From the NCBI RefSeq assembly GCF_009914755.1, contig NC_060929.1: a DNA stretch of 64,000 nucleotides; one strand, given 5' to 3'. The DNA is from the human T2T-CHM13v2.0 reference genome, Homo sapiens. The translations under genes were made by a program, and so were the position numbers. This document shows, in pieces, positions 26,641-40,710 of the stretch; position 1 is the first letter of the stretch; each line of letters starts with the position of its first letter. The notes below the pieces were generated by a model. It had not been told where the DNA came from. It did not search any database and saw nothing but the letters and a program-made list of their open reading frames with translations.

Positions 26641-29388
26641 TCATATAATCCTAGATATTCCTTTGCTTGAGATGAGACATGGAATATGTGTTTGGCATTG
26701 AATGAATATTGAGAGAATGTGAAGTCAAAATAGCCTAAAAGAAAAAATATTTATGTATTTTCTCATGGCTGACCTGACACAGATATCACAGATATAGTGA
26801 TTGGTCTTGTATATGGTATCCTATCATTCAAAGGCTCAGCATATCACAGACAATGGAAATAATCTTCGACTTTTGTATGACTTTATGTTGAGTCTGCACT
26901 GATCAAACCTTAGTTGTGTTTAAGGGGGGAAAATATTGCAGATCTTCAGTTTTCCCTTAAATTTATGTGTAACATAAAATTAGGTATAAATTTTTTGTAT
27001 GTAGAGCTCCACATTTGTAAAACGAAATTCAATTTACAACTTAAAAGTGCGAATCAAAATAAAATACTTGAAATTCAAATTAATACCATTAACTTGGTTT
27101 ATGATATTATTTTGCTAAAGCTGTTTCACCACCACAATTAGAATATAATACTGACTGCTCTAGTGCATAGTTTTTTGAAATCAACATGTAAAACAGTATG
27201 ATGTCATCCCTATGTACTTGCTTTTGTCCACTGCCCTGGAACCTTTGTTCACATAGTTGGCCGTGATATCATCTGCTCTTGACGCGATGCAAATGTATAC
27301 TTTACCTTGAAATTTTTTTCTTTTTTTCCCTACCATCAGCCAATCACTGGCAATGGTAGTAGTTCCTTTTGGTGCCAGCACAATAGTAAACACAAACTCA
27401 AATGTAAATACTGAAGTCCCTTCATGGTTCTCTATTATAAGGAGGTGGTTGTTATACCAAATGTGTTCATATGTATACTCCAGATTACCCCTGAAATTAA
27501 ACACAACATTGAATGTCTTTTAGAAAACAATTTCTTTTGCATCCAAGGACAACTAGGTACCTGGGTATTCAAGTTTAAGAATTACTGATTTTAGATGTTG
27601 AATCACACTTTGAATCCTAATGTAATATATAAGTGGGAAAATTTTTAGCCATTTTGACCTGTTTTTTTTTTTGTTCCTCTTAGCTTATCAAGATTAGGCA
27701 AGCACTTGCCGTCTTTCTTAAAGAATGGTGCACAGGAGTAGCAATTTTTTATGGGAAGAAAATCTGCTTAATACAAAGGGTTGTGTCAGTGGAAATTTCA
27801 AATTAGGTACAGGGAGAAATGATGATCTTATTATTACATTTAAATCCTGCTGAAATTTTGGGTAAAAAAAAATTCAAACATGAATAAAATGTTTCTCGTG
27901 CTGACTGAGCGAATTTACTGTGAATTTGGAATCATGGCATCACTTATTGAAGTTTTATTCCCCTTTTCTCACCACTTCCACTGCTAAAAGGGCCCCAAAA
28001 TAATTGAGTATGTAACTGTTTATTCTTCTGAATTTATCAAAACTAGCAGAAAAAAGCCTAAGTGATATACTTTCTGGCGATCTGAGTTAGTTTGTTAAGA
28101 CCTGAAGGATCCTGAGAACTTAGTAACTGGCGTTGTGCTAAGAGTCACATCTGTCCCTTTTGAATAGCATGTGTTATACATATCAAAACCCATATTTAAT
28201 AATATACGTACTACTACTCTGTCACTTGTATCTATGCTAACTTGGGCAGATTTCGTTCTCTTATTTGTGAAATGTGTGGAATAACAGCTACTTGCTGCGG
28301 TACTCTGAAAATTAGAGGCAAAAATGTGCATATAACATTTCTGTTTTACTCTGTGACATATTGTAAGTGGGAAACAAATATTGGTATCATTTTCCTGATC
28401 CCAAAGCAATGTGTTAGAAATAACTGAAAAGAGCGTGAAAAACAGACAATCCTGAAGTTATTTTTGAAGAAAAAGAAACACATTTAATTTATTGCATGCT
28501 TGATGTTTAATTGTAAAATTTCATGTCTACTTAAGTATTAGTGTTGAGGGCCACTGCCATGTGGAAAATGGAGATACAGAGAAGCCATCCAAGCCAAAGA
28601 CCTTTCCCAAATAAGAACACTGTGTCCAAGTCCACAGTTGGCATTCCAGAATTCTTTACCATAAAGCACTGATGGAGTGATTTTGACATAGAAAATATCG
28701 ACATTAGGAGTTACCAACATTCTGCCTTATGATATTAACTAAACAAACTTAAGGATACCCAGTTTTTAAAATTTAGTATAGTATCTTCAAAGGTGAATAG
28801 GCTGTGTTGAAGATATAATTTGCTGACCACATATTTCTACGTAGAGCCAGTTCTGCGTGTTTTCTTTTTATGTATGATTTTATAGCTTTGCTTTCCTTTT
28901 CATGAAGAAGATATCGAAGCAAGTCAAGTAAAAAGAAAATGGCTTTACTTCTATCTTAATAAATAGCATTATAATTAGTAACAAAAATTTTCTTAAAAAT
29001 TGATTTTCTAGCACCAAAAAAAAATTAGATTTTTTTGCCACTTCAGCTCAAGTTGTTGATCCTGAAGGCCGTCTTTATAATTCTCTTTATATCTTTATTC
29101 TTCTATCATTTGAATTATCATATCCTGGTAATATTGTAATTTAATTATTTAAATAAATAGTAATCATTATCATTTACTGTGATATAACCAGTCACAGTAA
29201 AGCTCTGCTAATTTGCTATGTGATGCTTTCCTACATATGAAAAATCTTGTATGATTCTAAATTAGCGTCTCACTGATTTCTATGTGTTTGCATTTATTTG
29301 ATAAATGCATTTTCTACATAATAAATACAGTAACATTAATTGAAATTGCCTTGGAATGGTGATAACAGAATTACCTTTGGATTGACAG

Positions 29389-29514
29389 AATCATGCAGAC
29401 ATTTGTTACACAGCAGTGGAAACAGAGCAAAGAAAAATCCAATTGCCTGCACAATAAAAAGTTGTCAGAGAAGAAAGTGAAGTCTCCCCTGCATTTATTT
29501 TCTACTTTGCGCAG
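29389..29514 (+). CDS. PARP8: PARP8 coding exon (IMQTFVTQQWKQ...HLFSTLRR)
   Basis: ttgacag acceptor, gttggt donor, 126 nt, phase 2-2, open frame. Confidence 0.93.
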
Positions 29515-30034
29515 GTTGGTAACAGGCAACTTCGTCATTGTCTTACTGAATGCTGAGTGTGTGATGTAGTTCATGCTTACAGCATTCTTTCTATAGTGTT
29601 GGCATCTGTTTATTTTCTTTATAACCTCTAAGAAAAGACTGAGTTAGATGCATTCCATCAAAAACATATTCATTTCTATGTTTAGAGTTTTTATTAATAT
29701 TTATTTAACATTGGTTACATTTGCTAAAATTACATTCTTTGCTTTCTAATCACCTAGAGTTTTTCCTACCAAAATTAGTTTCATTATAGGGCTTTGGGAT
29801 AGATAGGAGGGAAAAAAAATCTTAGAACCTTTTTTTTGCTTTTCAGGAAAAATGGGATTCAAGTCCTGTGATCATTCTGCACATACCTTTGATTTCAGTT
29901 TTGACTGGGTAGGCTATATTAAAATGAGGTGGTAGAATATTTATTAGCACAGTCGAGTTTGAGCATGACAAGCTTTCTTCATGGTCTGATGTACCTGTGA
30001 TTTGCCCTGTAGTAATTGTTGTTCAATTTTGAAG

Positions 30035-30599
30035 GTCGCCAAGTTATCCTCCCCCTGGTTGTGGCAAAAGCAAATCCAAACTGAAATCTGAGCAGGACGG
30101 AATCTCCAAAACGCATAAGCTGCTGCGGAGGACTTGTTCCAGCACAGTCAAGACTGATGATGTGTGTGTCACAAAGTCACACAGGACCTTTGGCCGCTCC
30201 TTGTCCAGCGATCCCAGGGCGGAGCAGGCTATGACAGCAATTAAATCGCACAAACTTTTGAACCGTCCTTGCCCTGCAGCTGTTAAGTCAGAGGAATGCC
30301 TAACTCTAAAGTCGCATAGACTATTGACTCGATCTTGTTCTGGAGATCCACGATGTGAGCACAACACAAACTTGAAGCCCCATAAACTGTTAAGCAGGTC
30401 TTACTCTAGTAATCTCAGAATGGAAGAATTATATGGACTGAAAAATCACAAATTGCTCAGCAAGTCCTACTCCAGTGCCCCCAAGTCATCCAAAACTGAG
30501 CTTTTCAAGGAACCTAACGCAGAGGGCAGGAGGCTCTCTCTTACCTCAGGGCTTATTGGTATCCTAACACCATCTTCATCTTCATCTTCTCAGCTTGCT
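30035..30599 (+). CDS. PARP8: PARP8 large coding exon (SPSYPPPGCG...SSSSSSQLA) with internal repeats
   Basis: ttttgaag acceptor, gtgcgt donor, 565 nt; overlaps ORF 30162-30641. Confidence 0.95.
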
Positions 30600-32163
30600 G
30601 TGCGTAAATATTTTCATCTTGAGTTCTTAAATGTTAGCTAAGGTGCAGTAGAATTTTTTTTTTCTTATAAGATCTGGTGGAGAAAAGAAGCAAAACTTTG
30701 TTTTAATTTACTGTTTTTTTAAAATCTTTTTGGATATTGTTTTGCATCCCATACATTTGCAACTGGCAATGAAATGTAAGCTTTGGTTCTGAAAAAAAAT
30801 AAATGTAGCTATTCATTTGAAGTCCAGTTCAAATTCTTGTCATAGTAACAAATGCTACTAAAATCAGAAGGAAACGCATTGGATTCACAAAGCCCTTACT
30901 TATTAAATAAGCATATAATTTTAATGTTTCATTAAGTAGGTGTATCTAATCTCTGGTCTTCTCACATGAGTGGTGGAGGACCACATTTTTCTTGTGGTTA
31001 AATTGAGAATAATTCCCTTTCAATTATATATAAGAGCACTCTGCCCATGCATGTTTTTACCTGTGGAGAGAGGCAACATTTACCACTTTATCCCAGAGCC
31101 TCACTTAAAGTTGTTCTTAGTGTCCATTTTATACTGAAGTCACTTTATGCTGTAGCCGTTTTTGGGGGACATGGGACCAGAAGATGACTTCAATAATTTA
31201 AGTCCTTTTGATGCTATTTATCAAGAGTAACTCTTACACAAAATTTATCGCTAGCATGATTGGCATGATAGCCAAGTTCATGCTAGTGATAAATTCATAG
31301 ACCTATCTTATGTATATTATTAACATATTCAAAATAGTTGATGAAAAGTTTTGTTTCCTTTTGCTAAATATATATGTGTGTATGTTGGGGGTGTGTGTTT
31401 AGCTCTAACCATTAATGTGTAAACACTCAGCAAGAGATGAAATTGAAAAAAATAAGATGTTTCAGGAAAGTAATGTTATTCTTATATAGGTTTATTTCTA
31501 AAATTAAATTATAAACTATACTGTATATTTATTATCTGAAAAGTTGAGTATGTTGACAATTTCACATGAGCATCCTAGAAGCCCATTCCTACTCAAACAT
31601 ACGTTTTAAGGACATAGAGCAAATAATGTAGAACAACTGCACAGTGGAATGTTTCCCATGTTAGCTTCATCCAAGAAAGATCATTTCAGACATTCTGTAA
31701 AAGAAAATGCCTTAATAACCTCTGATATGGCTAAGCATAATTCATAGTTTTCTGTTATGACACTTTCAGTAGCTGTCTAATATTTCTTTGGAGGAATAAT
31801 TGTATCTGATTGTAAAATAAGACTGAAGTCTCCTAATGAAGAGGTATGAGCATTTGCTGATTAGTAACAGACAAATGAGTTTTTGTGATCATGTAAAGAT
31901 GCCAGTAATTTTTGCTAGAAGATCAGCAGCTAAGAGTGCTGTTCATTTACTGTAGGCAAAAATTGCATTAGTAATGGTAGAAAGGGTATTTATAATAGAG
32001 TGAATAAAAAAGTTTTTAATTTTGATGTCATCAGTGACTCAATTCATATTTCATGTGATCTTAAATCACTTTCGTATTCACTATTGCAAAGAGTAAAAGC
32101 CTGTAATTTATACATTTTTACATTTAAAAAAATTATCATTTTTTTTTACTTTGCTTTTTATAG

Positions 32164-32214
32164 CCAAATGGTGCAAAATGCATTCCAGTACGAGACCGTG
32201 GCTTCCTGGTGCAG
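32164..32214 (+). CDS. PARP8: PARP8 coding exon (PNGAKCIPVRDRGFLVQ)
   Basis: ttttatag acceptor, gtatga donor, 51 nt, phase 0-0. Confidence 0.95.
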
Positions 32215-32319
32215 GTATGAGCCAAAACTCTATCCATTGTACAAATATTTTAGTTCTTACGGGGTTTTTAAATCATTTATGAGCTTGTCTTAATTATTTT
32301 TCCTTACTGTTTTATTCAG

Positions 32320-32415
32320 ACAATTGAGTTTGCTGAACAGCGGATCCCTGTATTAAATGAATATTGTGTGGTTTGTGATGAGCCACATGTGTTTCAAAAT
32401 GGCCCTATGCTTAGG
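32320..32415 (+). CDS. PARP8: PARP8 coding exon (TIEFAEQRIPVLNEYCVVCDEPHVFQNGPMLR)
   Basis: ttttattcag acceptor, gtaagt donor, 96 nt. Confidence 0.95.
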
Positions 32416-33429
32416 GTAAGTTCTTGCTGATAGAATGTCCGTGTTGGTTTAGAATATAGAAATATAGAAAAGATTTGAAATATAAAAATAAGTAAATAAA
32501 TGCAGTTGAAAGCAAATACTCTTTATTGAGCAAATTATTTACATATAATTTTGACAAAATAGTATTACTTCTAAAGTAGCCTGTGAAAGAGCAGTTAGTT
32601 TGATATTAGGAAAATGTTTCTTATTATATTTTTTACATATGTTTATCTAACAGCTATTTATCCATCTACACCTATATCAACGTTAAGCATCTTAAATTGT
32701 GGAATTTTGAAGAACCAGTGTTTACAAGGTTATGTGACAAGGATGCTTAGGCAGTGTCCCTTCAAAACTCCACAATTTAAGATGCTGAATATGTGAGAGG
32801 AGAGTCTTGATCCTATGCTAGTTAAAAGAGGTACACAGTAGTAGAGAGAGGATCCCAATAAAGATTTCCAAAGATGCTAGCATCCTGACACATTTGGGAT
32901 ATTATCAAAGGAGTATGAAAATAAGAATCAGTGTATACGTGCATTTTGGAGAGAACGATTCAATTTTAAAATGATTTTTTTTGGAATTTTTATTGCTAAA
33001 ATATAACTTATAAGTCACTACTTAAAGTATACAATTCAGTGGTTTTTCATATATTCACAATATTATATAACCATTACAGCTATTTAATTCCAGAAAATGG
33101 AATTTCCATTATCCCCAAAAGAAATATTCTGTTACCAGTCACTCCCAATTTCCGCCTCCTGTCATCCCCTGGCAATTATGAAACTGTTTTCTGTTTCTAT
33201 GGATTTGGTCATTCTGGATATTTGATATGAATGGAATTGTACAGTATGTGGGCTTTTGTTTCTGACTTCTTTCACTTATTATAATGTTTTCAAGGACCAT
33301 CCATATAGCATATGTCAGTACTTTTATTTCTTTTTATGGCAGAATAATATACATTTTATGCATATACCACATTTGTTTATCCAGTCATCAGTCGATGGAA
33401 TTGCTAGAACATATGTTAACTCTGTTTAA

Positions 33430-33922
<493 letters not shown>

Positions 33923-34841
33923 GAAGCAGTTTCTTATTGTGGTTTTCTTATGCACTTCCCTGATGACTGACTAAAAGATACTAAAATATTTTGATTTTCT
34001 GCTAAAAAATTTTGAGCATCTTTTCATGTGCTTATTGGCCATTTGCATGTCTTTGGAGAAATGCCTATTTAAATCCTTTTCATATTTTTAAATTGGGTTA
34101 TTTGTATTCTTATTCATGAGTTGTAAGAGTTCTTTATGTATTCTGAATACTTTATCTTTACCACATATATGATTTGCAATTATTTTCTTCTATTTTGTAG
34201 TTTGTCATTTCATTTTTTAAAGGTAATCTTTGACACACACAAGTTTTTAATTTTGATGAAGTCTTATTTATCAATTTTTTCTTTTGTTACTTGTGTTTTT
34301 GATGTTGCGTCTAAAAAGTAATTGCCTAATTCAAAGTCACACAGTGCACTTATGTTTCCCTCTAAGAATTTCACGATTTATGTCTTACATTTAAGTCACA
34401 ATACTTTTTGAGTTAATTTTTGTATATGGTGTTAGGTTGGGGTCCAAAGTCATTCTTTTGCATGTAGATACCCAGTTGTCTCAGCACCATTCTTTGAAAA
34501 GACTATTTTTTCTCTACTGAATGATCTTGGCACCCTCGTTGAAAATTATTTGACTATAGATGTTTTGGTTTATTTCTGGACTCTCAAGTCTTTTTCCACT
34601 GATCTGCATGTCTGTCCTTAGGCCAGTACCACATTGTCTTGATTAATGTTGCTTTATAGTAAGTTTGAAATCAAGAGGCAGAAATCCTTTGTTTGTGTTT
34701 TATAAGATTGCATTGACTGTTTGGGGTCTCTTGCGTTTCTCTATCAGTTCTGTGGTTCATTTGTCCATTTCTGCAAAAAGGCAGTTGGAATTTTGATAGG
34801 GTTGCATTGGAATTGTAAATCGGTTTGAAGACTGTTGCCAT

Positions 34842-35217
34842 TGGCTATAGACTGGATGTGTTCCTCCCAGAATTCATACATTGAAATCCTAACTCCCATG
34901 TGATGGTGTTAGGAGATGGGTTGTTTGGAAGGCGATTAGGTCATGAGGGTGGTGCCCTCATGAACAGGAATAGTGCCTTTGTAATAGAGCACAAAGAGCT
35001 CTCTCACTCCTCTACCATGAAAGGACACAGCAAGAAGATCAATTTGTGGCCTTACTGTCACTCTGGTCTATGAATCAGCAGATGGGCCCTCATCAGGCAC
35101 TGAATCTCCTGACATCTTTATCTTCCCAGCCTTCAAAACTGTGAGAAATAAATATTTGTTGTTATAAGCCACCCAGCCTATGGTATTCGATTACAGCAGC
35201 CGGAATAGACCAAGACA
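34842..35217 (+). mobile_element. MLT1A/MLT1A0 solo LTR
   Basis: gattaggtcatgagggtggtgccctcatgaa; aactgtgagaaataaat; ends ccaagaca. Confidence 0.85.
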
Positions 35218-35938
35218 TCATCTTAACAATATTAACCTTTCCAATTCATGTACACCAGATCATTTTATTTATTTAGGCTTTTAAAATTTTATTTCAATGC
35301 TATTTTGTAGTTTTCAGCATTCAAGTCTTACACTTCCTTGGATAAGTTTGTTTTTAAGCATTTTATTATTTTTGATGTTACTGTAAATTAAGTTGCTTTA
35401 TTCCATTTTCAGAACGTTCTTTGCTATTATATAGAAATAGAAGTTATTTTTGCATGTTAATCTTTTATACTGCAACATTGCTGAACTTATTTGTTAGCTC
35501 TATTAAGTTATTTTTGGATTCTATGTTTCTCTATATAAAATTATGTCTCTTGCAAATAGAGTTTCACTTTTTCCTTGTTAATCAGGATGCCTTTTATTAC
35601 TTTTCCTTATCTAATGTGCTTGACTAGAACTTCAATACAAGACTGATTAGAAGTGGCAAGAAAAGAAATTTTTATCTTGTGATTTAGGGGGAAAATGTTC
35701 AGCCTTTCACTGTTTGTTGGGGATTTTTCATAGATGCCACTTACCAGGTTGAGAAAAATCCCCTTCTAGTCCTAGTTGTTAGGTGGTTTTATAATCATGA
35801 AAGCATTTTTGTTGGTTTTTGTTTTTCTATGTCTCTTGATATTACTATGTTTTTCTTTTATGCTATTAATATGATGTATTACACTGATTTTTTGATATGC
35901 ACTAACAACTATCTGGGCCTGGAGATTTCTGTTTTAGA

Positions 35939-36238
<300 letters not shown>

Positions 36239-36307
36239 GAAAAATTTTTAATTTATGAATTCAATTTCTTTATTAGTTATAGGGCTATCCAAATTATATA
36301 TATATAT

Positions 36308-36580
36308 ATTTTTGAGATGGAGTTTTGCTTTTGTTGCCCTGGCATGATCTCGGCTCACTGCAACCTCTGCCTCCCGGGTTCAAGTGATTCTCCTGCCTCA
36401 GCCTCCGAGTAGCTGGGATTACAGGCATGCACCACCACACCCGGCTAATTTTGTGTTTTTATTAGAGACGGGGTTTCTTCGTGTTGGTCAGTCTGGTCTC
36501 AAACTCCTGACCTCAGGTGATCCGCCCACCTCGGCCTTCCAAAGTGATGGGATTACAGGCGTGAGCCACCATGCTAGGCC
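36308..36580 (-). mobile_element. AluS with a short internal deletion
   Basis: gttgccc joins tggcatgatc, missing aggctggagtgcaa. Confidence 0.9.
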
Positions 36581-37499
36581 TCAAATTATCTATTTTATTT
36601 TGGGTGAAATGTGATAGTTTGTGCTTTTAGAGGAATTGGTCCGTTTTGTCTCAGATGTCAAATTTATGTGAGTAATTTATTAGTATTCTCTTATTATCCT
36701 TTTGATGTCTGCAGAGTTTTAGTGATACTCTTTGTTTCATTCCTGATGTTGAACATTTGTATCATCTCTCTGTCAGTCCTGCTACAGGCTTGTGGATTTT
36801 AGTTACCTTTTCAAAGAACAGATTCTTCATTTCATTGAATTTCTCTATTTTCTCTTTCAAATTCATTTATTCTTTGTTACCATTATGAAAGTGGGGGTAT
36901 TGAAGGCTCTGACTATTATTGTTGAATTGTTTTTACCTTCAGTTCTTTCAATATTTGATTCATGTATTTTGGGAAATCTGTTGCTGGATACGTATATGTT
37001 TATAAGTGTTTTATCTTCTTGATGTTCTGACTCTTTTTTCATGTTCTTCTTTGTCTGTAATAGCAATTTTTGTCTTCAAGTCTATTTTGTCTGATTAGTG
37101 TAACCACTGCAGCTCTCTATTGGTTATTATTTGCATGGAATATCTTTTTTCATGCTTATGTTTTTATCCTATTAATGTCTTTAAAACTAAAGTGAATCTC
37201 TTGTTGATAGCAAATTGTTGATCTTGGTTTTAAATCCTTGCTAATCTTTTTACTTAAACATAATTACTAATAAGGAAAGACTTCTGCTATTTTGCAATTC
37301 ATTTTCTATTTGTATTATGTCTATTTTGTTCCTCTGCTTCTCCCTTACTGCCTTCTTTTGTGTGTTTAATAGGCATTTTCTAGTGTACCATTTTAATTCC
37401 CATGTTGTAGCTTTTCAGTTTGTTTTCTTAGTGATTGCTCTAGGGATTACAATTAACATTCTAATTTCTAAAAATCTAGTTTGGATTAATACCAACTTG

Positions 37500-37798
37500 A
37501 TTTTTTTTTAATAAGAGACAGATCTTGCTCTGTCCTCTAGACCGGAGTACAGTGGTGCTGATCATAGCTCACTGAAGCCTCCAACTTCTGGGCTTAAGTG
37601 ATCTTCCTGCTTGCATCACCCTCGCAAGTAACCAGGACTGCAGGCACAAGCCACTATGCCTGGCTAATCTTTAAAAAAGTTTTTTGTAGAGATGGGGTTT
37701 CACTATGTTGAGCAGGCTAGTCTTGAAGTCCTGGCCTCAAATGATTCTCCCTTCTCCCGAAGTACTGAGATTATAGGCATGAGCCACTGTACCCAGCC
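37500..37798 (-). mobile_element. AluJ (diverged)
   Basis: consensus match. Confidence 0.88.
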
Positions 37799-39613
37799 TT
37801 AATAATATATAAAAACTTTGCTCCTACATAGTTTCAACTCCACTCCCAGAGTGGAAGTACGTGTAATTGCTGTTATATATAAATATGTAAGTTATATCTT
37901 TATATTATGTGCCCATCAACATAAATTTATGATTATTGCTTTACGCAGTTGTTTTCCAAACCAGAAAAAATCAGGAAAAAAAATCAAAGTCAAATGTATC
38001 AATGTATTATATCTATGTTTAAAATTTAAAAATATATATATTTGTGTGCAGTCCTTTGTATTTACCTGTATGCATGTTTACCTTTACCCAAGCTCTTTAT
38101 CTCTTTATGTGGACTATGTAGTGTCCTTTCCATTTTAATCTGAAGAACTCCCTTCATTAATTCCTGTGGGAAATCTCTGCAAATGATGAACTCTGTTGGT
38201 TTTTACCTGGGAGTGTTTTAATTTCTCCTTTATTGTTTGAAGGATAGTTATGCTGGGTATAGAATTCATGGTTGGAAATTTCTGTGTGTGATGGAGGAGG
38301 ATTTGTGCCGTTTTCAGCATTTTGAGTATGTCATCCTGCTGCCTTTGGGTATTTGTGGTTTCCCATGAAAAATGACCTGTTTTCTTGTTGAGGATTCCTT
38401 GTTATGTGATGAATTGCTTCTCTCGCTGATTTCGAGATTTCTTCTTTGTCTTTGGTTTTTGGCGTCTGGATTTTGATGTGTCTAAGTGCCTCTTTAAATT
38501 TATCCTATTTGGAGTTAATTGGGTTTCTTGGAAGTGTAGATTAATTTTTTTCTAATGAATTTGAGATGTTTTAAGCCATATATATTCAAGTATTCCTCTT
38601 GCAATTTTTCTCTCCTCTTTCCTTCTGGAATTTCCATTATCTGTATGTTTGTATGCTTGATGGTACCCCATAGATCTCTTACACTTTGTTCATTTTTTTC
38701 ATTTTATTATTCTTCCTCTTCCTTAGATTAGTTAATCTCAATGGACCTATCTTCAAGTTCACTGATTCTTTTTTCTGCCTGCTCAAATCTGATTTTTTAT
38801 TTCAGTAATTGTACTTTTCAACTCCAGAGTTTATTTTTATAAATTCTATAAATTGATACTCTCTGTTGACATTGTCTTTTCTTCATTTATTTAGATATGA
38901 TATTCTTTAGCTCTTGAACGTTTTAAGTATAGCCAGTTTAAAGTTTGTGTCTAGTAAATTTAACATCTATGCTTTCCTTGGGCCCCTTCCTATTAGTTGC
39001 TTTTTACCCTGTGAATAGGTCTTACTTTCTTATTTCTTCGCATGCCTTTTTTATTTTTTTATTGAAAACTGGACATTTTAAATACAATAATGCTGGAACT
39101 CTGGGATTTAGATCTCGCCAAACTGTTTTGGCAGTCCTTAGCCTTCATTCCTGCTTGTACAGAGTGGTAAGATCAGCCAGAGGTGAGATTTAAGGCCTTC
39201 TAAAGTCTTTCTTGAGCATGCACACAGTCATGGGCAAGCACATGGCCTTCTGGATTTCCAGAAATATATGTGAGTTTTTCATAGTCCTTATGGACATCTC
39301 TTTTCCCAATCCTTTCTTCTAAGCTTTTTGATTATTCTGTTGTTTGCCTCAGTTGTTATCTGTTGCCTCACACAACTAAAACGCTTACTGTAAATGTTTT
39401 CAATCCCCACTCCAGGTAATGGTTTAGTACTGGGTGAGTTCCAAGTCAGGCAGAAATAAAGACAAGTGTTTTCAGCGTGTCTTCCAGAGAACTATCAGAC
39501 AGCTATTTGTGAATCAGTTCCGTTCTGCTCCCTCTATTATTGGAAATACAGGGCATTGTTTTTAAGGCTGCCACTGAGCTGGCGAATGGAAGATTGGATT
39601 AGGGTAAATTTAA

Positions 39614-40137
<524 letters not shown>

Positions 40138-40489
40138 TTAAATGTCACAAGTTTTACGGTTCTTACCAAGATTCAGCTGTTGATTCTGAGTAAGTACTCC
40201 TTGGGTTGCTGCAAGTTTTAAAATTAATTTCCAGAATACCAAAAGAGTTGACTCAGGCCATTTTTGCCAGTTTCTTTTAAAGATTTTATAGAGAGGTGGA
40301 AGTTTGGGTTCCTCACTCAGCTTTTTTGCTGATATCATTCCTTATTTCAAAGTTTTAAACAAGCAAGTTCATTGTACCATATCTGCATAGTATTCAAGGT
40401 CCAGCTTTTGAGTTAAGAAATAATAAAATATAGATAAATATGAAAATAATGATTGAGCTAATATCTATCATAGTTAACAGAAGAAAGGA

Positions 40490-40710
40490 GGTTATTGAGG
40501 GTTGTGTGCCAGGCACTGTGGGTAGATATTTGGCCTATTATTTTTTTATTTGATCATCACACAACTCTTGTGGTTTAGGTACTTTTGCTTTCATGCTGCA
40601 AATAGGGAGACTAAGATTTATAGAGGTTAAGCAGTTTGTTCAACACCACCCGGAAAATATAGGTAGAAGTTTGGCTTTGAACCTAATTCTCTCTGACTTT
40701 AAAACTGCAT
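40490..40710 (-). mobile_element. MIR
   Basis: tgtgccaggcactgtg...gagactaagatttatagaggttaag. Confidence 0.7.

Noticed and set aside
30044-30367. 107-aa antisense ORF with repeated SLCD motifs
   Set aside because: Shadow of the PARP8 repeat exon, with no independent signals.
32215-32319. 105-nt intron (multiple of 3) as a possible in-frame retained intron
   Set aside because: Its second codon is TGA, so retention terminates translation.
29389-32415. Exon cluster as an Alu-driven circRNA
   Set aside because: The nearest flanking Alus (21541 and 33598) have the same orientation, so sequence alone gives no support.
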